Below, one piece after another: positions 55,871 to 64,000 of a stretch of DNA of 64,000 bases. The DNA is from Chrysomallon squamiferum (lineage: Eukaryota > Animalia > Mollusca). The position numbers and the translations under genes were made by a program. The notes beneath the pieces were generated by a model. It saw only the letters and a program-made list of their open reading frames with translations. It searched no databases and was not told where the DNA came from. The stretch lies in contig CM022677.1 of NCBI GenBank assembly GCA_012295275.1, positions 26,598,001 through 26,662,000 on the forward strand. The letters are read 5' to 3'. The stretch's first letter is position 1. Every line of letters begins with the position of its first letter.

Positions 55871-57350
55871 GTAAATGCATATGTGTGCGTGTGTTTGTGC
55901 GTGTGTGCACACATACTTGGACAGTTAACATTTGAGTCACATGGTTCTTTCACTGATGTTTCAGTCACTCCAACACATGGTTTTCCATTGTACTGAGGTG
56001 TTGGATTATCACAGGTTCGTTTGTAATGTACAAAAGCTGTGCCCATGCCACAAGTGACTTCACATTTGTCAGCACCCAGATTAGTCCATGCACCCCAGTT
56101 TCCATGAACTGACAGTTATAACTTGAATTAATCATTGTTATTTCAATTTATTATTATTTATTATATGCAGTTCATATTTTATAACATAATGAATTATAAC
56201 AAATTAATCATTATTTATTTCAATTTATTAATGCAATTTTATCCATGTACCTAGTAAATTCTGTAAACTAAAAGATTAACTAAGAATAGAAATTAATCAT
56301 TGTTATTTCAAAATTTATGACATTATTTATTAATATGCATAAATTCATATTTTAATTAAATAAATAAATAATTATATTCAAATCTGAACTTTAAATTTAT
56401 TAAAAAAAATAAATGACAGTTTTATCCATAAATATAAATTCTTATAAACTAAAAAGATTAACTAAGATTTTCAAAAATTAATAATAATTATTTCAAAAAA
56501 TACAATTAGTTTAAAGATTAAGAAGTAGAAAATGTATAAATTATATATTTACAAAGTAAATAAATAAATAATTATATTCAGTAATCTTTAACATTAAACT
56601 TATTATAAATAAGACAAAATTAATTAGTTTAAAAATAAACAAAACAGTTTCCTTTAGTGAAAAATAAATATACATATTCTTATCAAGGAAATAAATATAT
56701 AAATAAAAAAAATAAAAAAAATTTCAAAAAGTTTATTAAAAAAAAAAAAAAAAAAAAACAATAACTGAAGAAAAAATATTATCATTAAGAAGAAGAATGG
56801 CAAAAGATTTAGAACAAAAAAAACAAACAAACCAAATATTCTTAAATAAAAAGGAAACAAATTAAGAAGTAAATCAGACAAGTAATGAATAAAAAATAAA
56901 TACATATTCTTACCAAGTAAATTAATAAATGAATAAATTAATATCTAAATAAATAAATAAATAAATGAATGACCAAAAAAAAAATAAAAAAATAATAATA
57001 CAATCTATCATTTACTGATTCAGAAATAAATAATAAACAAACAAATAAATAAATAAATAAATATATTAAGCAGACAACAAACAAAACATGCATTAATACA
57101 AAAATAAAGATATTTTCTTACTTGGACAGTGAATGTGTGTGTCACACTTCTCCAAGATAACTTTTTTAGATTTTCCTGGACAGACACTTATCACATCTTT
57201 TCTCAGATCAAGACAATCTCGTACATACGGTGTATAAATAACTCCTCTACCACAGGTCACTGCACATTTACCAGTAAAATATTTATTCCAAGCAGACCAT
57301 TTACCAGGTACTGGAATATATAATAAAACATAACAGATAAATAAATATGT

Positions 57351-57387
<37 letters not shown>

Positions 57388-57659
57388 AATAAATAGACAT
57401 AAAAAAAAATAACAATACCAAAAATGAAAAAAAAATAAATAAAGAAAGAAACAAATAAATAAATAGATGATTATAAAAAAATAATAAATAAATAAATAAA
57501 TAACATAAATAAATAAAAATAAGAAGAAAAAATAAGTAAAAAATAAATATGTTTAAATTGTTGTCTTAATCTGTTTAATTATTTGTGTACATACTTATTT
57601 TTGCATGTATACTTGTATATATGTATATGTATGTATGTATGTATGTATGTATATATGTA

Positions 57660-57732
<73 letters not shown>

Positions 57733-60062
57733 TTAAAACAAACCTTTACAAATTACATTATCATTGCATGATATTCTAACAAAGCTTCTTGACCTGCCCA
57801 GACAGTATCTTCCTCTATATCTTGGTTTTGGGTTATTACAATGACGTCTGAAATAAACTTTATGTTGTCCACCCACACATGTAGAACTGCACTCATCTGT
57901 TCTTTCCATCAGCCATATACCCCATCCACCATTCACTTCATAAATAACAAACTATTTCAAATACCTTTTCTTCCTAATAAAAGAACGTTTTTCATAAAAC
58001 ATTTTATATGGAGTCGTGCCATAAGTAGTAAAAGTATTTAACAGCATACTTCCTGAAGTCAATGAACTAGATTTGTCTAAGTTTGTAAACTGTAATCTTT
58101 ACTATACATATTTAACTTATCTACACTTCTCTTTCAGGTCCATCTCAATTAATTTAATTTGTGTGTGTTTACGAGAGTTGTCTTTACAGTCAATCTCCAG
58201 TCAAAGCAGTAAAGTAATGAACAATTACAGCTTTCTAACTGCTGGTCACAAGATCTTCCTTATTCTAGCTGGTGACAGGCAGCAGACTCTTTGTCTTGGT
58301 CAGACACAAAGTGTGTATAAACTAACTGACTGGTGTAAGAATCAGATCTGTGTTTATTGTCCACTGATCTCATATGGACTCAAATAAGGTCTATTAATGA
58401 TCTTTATATGGGCTTCTTTGTGCTTCCAACTGATGTAAATGGAAAAGTTGGCAGCATTATTTTCAGTGTTATTTTTCTTTGTACATTCAGTTCCTTATAT
58501 TTATAAAACAATGCATAGCAGATGTACAACAACAATAAATTATTTTGTTTTCCCTATTTAGGATAAAGATAATTTAATGGAAATAACTGAAGTCCCTAGT
58601 CAATCTCAAAATGTTGTCATTTCATCAGTGGAAAATATGTAGGCAAAATGTACCTGCAAGGATTTTTTTAACTTAAATTGTGTCCTTAAGTTATTTGAAG
58701 TTTATTACAATAGGACAATTATTTCACCTATGTCTGTACATTAAATTCTGTTTAAAACAAAAAAAGCTAATCATAATTACCTGGACAATTAAATGGTGCA
58801 CTGCAGGTAACTGAAGTAGATTTTTTGGATAATCCTTTACACATTTCTCCATCAAACTTGGGTTTGGGATTATCACATAATCTGCTATAATATATTCCTT
58901 TCTGTCCTTCACCACAGGATGCACTACACCTTCCTTCCCAGACTTTTACCCACTGTCCCCAGTTACCATTTACTAAAATCATATATATGAGAAATTACTT
59001 GTGAGTGTTGGTGTGTGTGTGTGAGTGTGTGTGTTTGTGTGTGTGTGTGTGTGCATCTATCTCTTTCATTAAACATCTGACTGAAATATGTGACATAGAC
59101 ATATTCTGAAAGCTAGAACTGTGTGTTTAAGCAGTTTACATGAAAATTAATATGTTCACATCAAAAAGAAAAGTTACTAATAATACAGATGAAATAAATT
59201 GCACCAGAATGCAGAATTACTATGTACTAAGGTAAATGAACACATTCGTCACGAGTTTTTATTCTTTATGCATTACAAGCAAAAATTAAAATGTTGATCA
59301 TATCAATTTAAATATTAAAAAGACAAAAAATGTTTATTGATACAAATTCCCCATAAAATAGAAAAATTAATACATGTTCATCATTATATTAAAAACTTTA
59401 TAGTCACAATGACAAGCCATGATTTCAAAATTTCTGAATCAAAATGTACATAATTATAAAACAAAGAAAGAAGAAGAAATTAAAGAAGAATGGAAAGGAA
59501 AACAGAATAAAGAAATACAAGAAAAAAGTAAAGAAACAAAAAAGACAGAAAAACAAAGATTATTTCACTAGGGTAAAAAGAAATTAGAAAAAGATTATTT
59601 AATTAAAATGTTATCTTACTAGGACAATATAAACGAGTATTGCATTTTGTCATTAAAGTTTTTTCTGATTCTCCATGACAACCATTTCCATTAAACTTGG
59701 GTTTAGGATTGTTACAGTATCTTCTTAAGTAGAGTTTACGTTGGCCAATTGAACATGTGACACTACACAGATCTGCTTTTACTCTGAGCCACACACTCCA
59801 GGCACCATCCACTTTAAATAAAATATGTTATTATTTATACTTTTCTGTGTGTGTGTGTGTGTGTGTGTTTACAAACACATACAGAAATACATACACCTAT
59901 ATGTTTATCTATCTATTACTATATATGGTGTATTAATGATTACACATATACACACACAAAACACACACAGACTTCCACTATATTGAACTATGTCTACTAC
60001 CAACTGCTAGTAGCATAGATGGTGCAACTCTGTATCTGGCAATTTTACTTGATAATTTCATG

Positions 60063-60094
<32 letters not shown>

Positions 60095-63000
60095 AAACAC
60101 ACACACACACAAACACACACAAATACACAAACACACACAAAAAGAAAATGAAAAATATATTATTTCACCAGGACAATTCAAATTAGTCTTGCAGGGTTGC
60201 ATTAAGGTTTTGGTTGCAGGTCCAGGACAGTTGTTTCCATTATTCTGGGGTTTAGGATTATCACACGATCGTCTATAAAAGTGAATGTGGACACCATCAC
60301 CACACGTGACATTGCACTGTCCTGTTCTACTCACTGCCCATGATCCCCATTCACCATTCACTGAAAATTATAACAACACAAAAATCTCTTTATATTTTGC
60401 CTCAGTCAATAATTGAGAAAAACCAATATAAACTTTTTCCGTCAATAAAAATTAGTTTTTGCTTATATTTTTAAAATCATGTTTATGAAGAAATGAAATG
60501 GAAAGGAAAAACAAATAAAATAAAGAAATATTTAAAAGAAGAGGAGATAATAAAGATAAATAAAACAACAAAATAAGGTGATACTTTAAACTTGTAAAAC
60601 TTGTTTGTATAAAAACTCTTTGCACTTTGAACACTTTGTATAAGAAATCTACTATGAATTACTGATGTGGAACTGTTTGATATACTGGATTACTGATCTG
60701 GTACTGTGTGATGGGTTAGTGATGTTGTGTATATGTACTGTATAGTGATATACTGGATTACTGATATGGTACTTTGTGATTAATGGATTTTATGATGTGG
60801 TACCATAAGTTGTACTGGATTAGAATCAAGAACTTTGTTATATGCTGGTACTAATATAGTACTACATGATGTACTCTGCTGTATGATATGCATTGTTTGT
60901 TATTTTTTTAGTCTGAGTTATAATGATATACTGTGGGTTATCCTGGGGTAGAATCATGTTCTCCATGTTATCATGAGTTAGAATCTTATTCTGTGTAATA
61001 TTCTGGTTTAACAAGTTTATAAACTGTGTGATTATACTGGCTAAATTTGTACCTGGACAGATGGTTTTTGTGTTGCAAACTGCTTTGATAAATTTTGTTT
61101 TAGGTCCAGGACATTTCTTTCCTGTATATCTTGGTCTAGGATTATCACACAGTCGCTTAAAAAATGTTTTCTGCATGCCACTTCCACACGTTACAGTGCA
61201 CTTTTCAGTGAGCTGTTTTACCCAGGTGCTCCAACCTCCATCAACTGAAACATAATTACTAAAACAAATAAAAATGTGACATTCACTTTTACTGAAAGGT
61301 TTTAATTGAAAATTGTGTTTTTGAATGATCTTTCTGGACAATGAAGTCTGGAATAAAATATTTAACTTATTAAACATAAATAGCTATGAGGTAAATAAGT
61401 TCTCAAACAGTTCTGTAACAAATAAATATTAAGAACCTTTAGCTAAATACATGATTTTTTATATATTTTTATCAATTCACAACTGATACATATTTATTAA
61501 CATTACCAGAAACATATCTTTGATGAATTGATAATCTCTTATAATAACAAGTATACTAAACATAATTTGTAACTTATTTATAAATAATCTTTTCAATACA
61601 GATATTTTGATATTACCTGGGCAGCCTCTGTGAGTATCACAGACATCTTCAACAGATTTCTGACTTGGTCCTACACATTTTTTTCCATTATTCTGGGGGT
61701 GAGGGTTATTACATTTTCTTGCAAAGATCATTTTCATCTTTCCAGTTTTGCATGAAGCACTGCATGATCCTTTGAGAGCTAATATCCAGATACCCCATCC
61801 ACCATTCACTATTCACAAAAAATATAAATTAATATGTTAATATGTTTAAGTGCACATGTATTAATATGTACTTATATAAATAAATAAAATAATATAGGTA
61901 CTATAAAAATGATTTTTTATATTTTCTTTATTTTGTCTTTAGGTATCATTTTTCTTATTAATTTTTTCTTGATATATATATATATTTGTATATATGGGTT
62001 CAATCAATATTGACAATTGAATAGGTGATTTCTATTTTTGAAATATATGTATATATATATATTATATAGGATAAGGTGGGGTAATATTGACCCTCTCTTC
62101 CTTTCAACCTTACCTACAGCTCGACAGAGAAAAGGAAACTTGAAAATGGAGTCAGTAATGTGTAGTATGTTTTTCTGATTCAATGTAACTAAACTATAAG
62201 AATAGTGCTGATTCTTTTGAAACAGAAAACAGGATCTTATTTGTCTTGATGATTTGGGTAAATGTGTCCCCATGAGTATTTTATTTGGTGTGCTGATTAT
62301 TGTTATATGTAATCACTCTCTCCTACTAATAATTAATCCTAATCATAACAAAAATAAATCATATTTTGTATGAGTAATAACATATATAAAATTATATATG
62401 TATGTATGTATGTATCTATGTATATAAGCACTCATGGATGTATGTATATATGTACATACCTGGGCACAAAATTTTAGTATTACAAGACTGCACAGTTTTC
62501 TTTGTAACTGACCCATTACAGATTTGTCCACCATACTGAGGTACTGGGTTGTTGCATTTCCTATGGTAATACACGTCATGTTTCCCCTTCAAACATGTGA
62601 CACTGCACTTCCCATAATGATGCACTAACCATGAACCCCATCCACCACTGACTGTAAAACAACCCACAATTAATCCTTTCTGTTAACTATATTGAAATAA
62701 AATATCATTAAAATAATTATAATAATGAATATAAATGTATTTAGTGTAGAGTTGCTCAACCTTTTAACTCTTATGATAACCTTGAAATAGTTTACATGTC
62801 TCAGGAACCCCTGCACACAAATTATTACATATGATTATCAACATTCTTCTTGTTGTATTTCTTATTGCAGGTTCACATAAAAACATAAGCTATAGTGGTT
62901 TTGGATAACTGATTTAAGGAAAGTATTGCTTTTTTTTATCAAATGTATTGGCAGTGGCACTATAGAGAGATCACTAAATGTATTCCCTAATAATGATTAT

Positions 63001-63738
63001 AATTTTAAATAAGGTTAAGAGATTGAAGCCTTTATTATAATAATCAAAGATTTTCCAAAAATATGTCAAACGTTTATAGTAAAATTATAAATATAAAATT
63101 AAACAAAAATTACTCAAGACTTAGTCTATTTATCACCATTTCACATGGACCTAGTGACCCCTTGCAGAGCCCAAGGTTACAGAGAAACTCTTTTTGGGGT
63201 GTTTTTCATTGTGCTTTTTCTTTCATTATGATTGATTCAGTTTTCAGTGTCTTGACATATATTATTTTCTTAATATTATAAAGGTTTTGTGTGTGTATGT
63301 TTTGTATCAATTTGTGAGTTACAGTATATTTCTATCATTATCATTATTTTTCTACTATTATTATTACTATTACTATTATTTTTCTAATTATTATTATTAT
63401 TACTACTGTTATTATTATTATTATTATTATGATTATTATGATTATTATTATTATTATTATACTTGTATTTAGAAAATAATGAAATAAATTAACAAGATCT
63501 ATTCTACAGACATTGTTAACAAAATAATATAACTGAAGTAATTTACCTGGACAGTTAACGAATGTTTGACATGATTTGTTCACGCTCTTTATAGTGTTAC
63601 CAGCACAGTATGCTCCACCATGGCGAGGCTGTGGTTTATCACAGATTCTCTGATAGAGAATTATCTGTTTTCCAATCCCACATGTTACACTGCAGTTACC
63701 TTCTTCAACCTTTCTCCATCGTCCCCACCCACCACTCA
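34605..63738 (-). CDS. Gene B (5'-partial, multi-exon): (TSP1)>=23 - Sushi/CCP - galectin-like CRD protein
   Basis: 23 open phase-1 TSR exons, followed by phase-compatible exons 41414-41613, 38895-38983, 38133-38331 and 34605-34736 ending in TAA. Confidence 0.8.
34850..38020. repeat. Degenerate satellite of about 36 bp (ACACCAGACACACTTATACATCACTGACATAATT) in the last intron of gene B
   Basis: Tandem copies, with short inverted patches near 35620-35800 and 36655-36790. Confidence 0.9.
38133..38331 (-). CDS. Gene B exon, core of galectin-like CRD
   Basis: [60 protein letters not shown]; matches the galectin HxNxR..VxN..WxxExR..FPF pattern; phase 2 to phase 0. Confidence 0.8.
38895..38983 (-). 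CDS. Gene B exon, N-terminal part of galectin-like CRD
   Basis: tttacag|[31 protein letters not shown]|gtaag; 89 bp, phase 0 to phase 2. Confidence 0.75.
39227..41138. repeat. Homogeneous 88/98-bp tandem repeat (about 21 copies)
   Basis: tgaagtatcatcaagacaactgatgttg...ctacag(gggaaggcag)cagtgactgttaac... repeated. Confidence 0.95.
41414..41613 (-). CDS. Gene B Sushi/CCP/SCR domain exon
   Basis: VDCGPP...VKVQCKQFF...[17 protein letters not shown]; 200 bp, phase 1 to phase 0. Confidence 0.82.
43141..43317 (-). CDS. Gene B last TSP1 exon (shortened)
   Basis: 177 bp, [20 protein letters not shown]...KECEH|gtaag; translated by hand. Confidence 0.8.
43735..43926 (-). CDS. Gene B TSP1 exon (divergent)
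   Basis: 192 bp, [20 protein letters not shown]. Confidence 0.85.
44361..44555 (-). CDS. Gene B TSP1 exon
   Basis: 195 bp, [21 protein letters not shown]. Confidence 0.88.
44980..45177 (-). CDS. Gene B TSP1 exon
   Basis: 198 bp, [21 protein letters not shown]; translated by hand. Confidence 0.88.
45600..45791 (-). CDS. Gene B TSP1 exon
   Basis: 192 bp, [20 protein letters not shown]. Confidence 0.9.
46348..46539 (-). CDS. Gene B TSP1 exon
   Basis: 192 bp, [20 protein letters not shown]. Confidence 0.9.
47385..47910. repeat. AT-rich intronic tandem repeat of about 65-70 bp
   Basis: atatgacattacttttatctttcat..gcactcactcatattatttataatactga repeated. Confidence 0.85.
48060..48251 (-). CDS. 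Gene B TSP1 exon
   Basis: 192 bp, [20 protein letters not shown]. Confidence 0.9.
48245..49825. repeat. Tandem repeat of about 65-80 bp of acceptor plus exon start (about 20 copies, - strand)
   Basis: Reverse complement cattattgttattag|taaatggaatcttgggttcatggac repeated. Confidence 0.92.
49901..50095 (-). CDS. Gene B TSP1 exon
   Basis: 195 bp, [20 protein letters not shown]. Confidence 0.9.
50661..50852 (-). CDS. Gene B TSP1 exon
   Basis: 192 bp, [20 protein letters not shown]. Confidence 0.9.
51845..52036 (-). CDS. Gene B TSP1 exon
   Basis: 192 bp, [20 protein letters not shown]; translated by hand; donor-side duplications at about 51470-51860. Confidence 0.9.
52395..52586 (-). CDS. Gene B TSP1 exon
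   Basis: 192 bp, [20 protein letters not shown]. Confidence 0.9.
53995..54185 (-). pseudogene. Degenerate TSP1 exon with frameshifts and stops; may be an assembly error
   Basis: Intact acceptor, then fragments [30 protein letters not shown] in shifting frames; no clear donor. Confidence 0.65.
54527..54718 (-). CDS. Gene B TSP1 exon with GC donor
   Basis: 192 bp, [20 protein letters not shown]...TCA G|gcaaat. Confidence 0.85.
55296..55487 (-). CDS. Gene B TSP1 exon
   Basis: 192 bp, [20 protein letters not shown]. Confidence 0.9.
55917..56108 (-). CDS. Gene B TSP1 exon
   Basis: 192 bp, [20 protein letters not shown]. Confidence 0.9.
57122..57310 (-). CDS. Gene B TSP1 exon
   Basis: 189 bp, [20 protein letters not shown]...HIHCP; translated by hand. 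Confidence 0.88.
57744..57935 (-). CDS. Gene B TSP1 exon
   Basis: 192 bp, [20 protein letters not shown]. Confidence 0.88.
58781..58972 (-). CDS. Gene B TSP1 exon
   Basis: 192 bp, [20 protein letters not shown]. Confidence 0.9.
59620..59811 (-). CDS. Gene B TSP1 exon
   Basis: 192 bp, [20 protein letters not shown]. Confidence 0.9.
60169..60360 (-). CDS. Gene B TSP1 exon
   Basis: 192 bp, [20 protein letters not shown]. Confidence 0.9.
61053..61244 (-). CDS. Gene B TSP1 exon
   Basis: 192 bp, [20 protein letters not shown]. Confidence 0.9.
61617..61808 (-). CDS. Gene B TSP1 exon
   Basis: 192 bp, [20 protein letters not shown]. Confidence 0.9.
62460..62651 (-). CDS. Gene B TSP1 exon
   Basis: 192 bp, [20 protein letters not shown]. 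Confidence 0.9.
62747..63191. mobile_element. Possible decayed non-autonomous hAT (Charlie-like) MITE
   Basis: Imperfect inverted ends agagttgctcaacc...ggttacagagaaactct and internal ggaacccctg/ggacc motifs; no target-site duplication confirmed. Confidence 0.35.
63547..63738 (-). CDS. Gene B TSP1 exon (most 5' in window)
   Basis: 192 bp, [20 protein letters not shown]; degenerate acceptor duplications at 63740-63990. Confidence 0.9.
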
Positions 63739-64000
63739 CTGCAAATAATCACAATACCCCATCCATAACTGACTGTTAATAAACTATCAGTGTTTGTAAA
63801 ACTGCACCCATCATAGACTGCAAATAAATTATCAGTAATCACAATACCCCACCCACCACTCAATGCAAATAAAGTATCAGTAATCACAATACCCCATCCA
63901 TAACTGACTGTTAATAAACTATCAGTGTTTGTAAAACTCAACCCACCACTCACTGCAAATAATCACAATAATCCATAACTGACTGTTAAAAACTAAAAAA

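Overview
Eukaryotic (metazoan) DNA, AT-rich and dense in microsatellites; it looks mollusc-like, but that is inference. The window holds the 3' parts of two convergent, intron-rich genes built from near-uniform symmetric phase-1 exons (mostly 192 bp), each encoding one atypical, Lys/Arg-rich thrombospondin type-1 (TSP1/TSR) domain. The + strand gene (183-28034) has 30 intact TSR exons, one garbled exon, a triplicated exon fragment and a short putative terminal exon. The - strand gene (63738 down to 34605) has 23 open TSR exons and one degenerate exon. These splice in phase into a Sushi/CCP exon and three exons encoding a galectin-like carbohydrate recognition domain (CRD), which ends in a stop. 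Both 5' ends lie outside the window. Many intronic tandem repeats are amplified copies of the adjacent splice donor or acceptor junction. Most long ORFs in the supplied track are microsatellite or satellite artefacts. Exon models were read by eye from AG/GT boundaries and translation, without transcript evidence.
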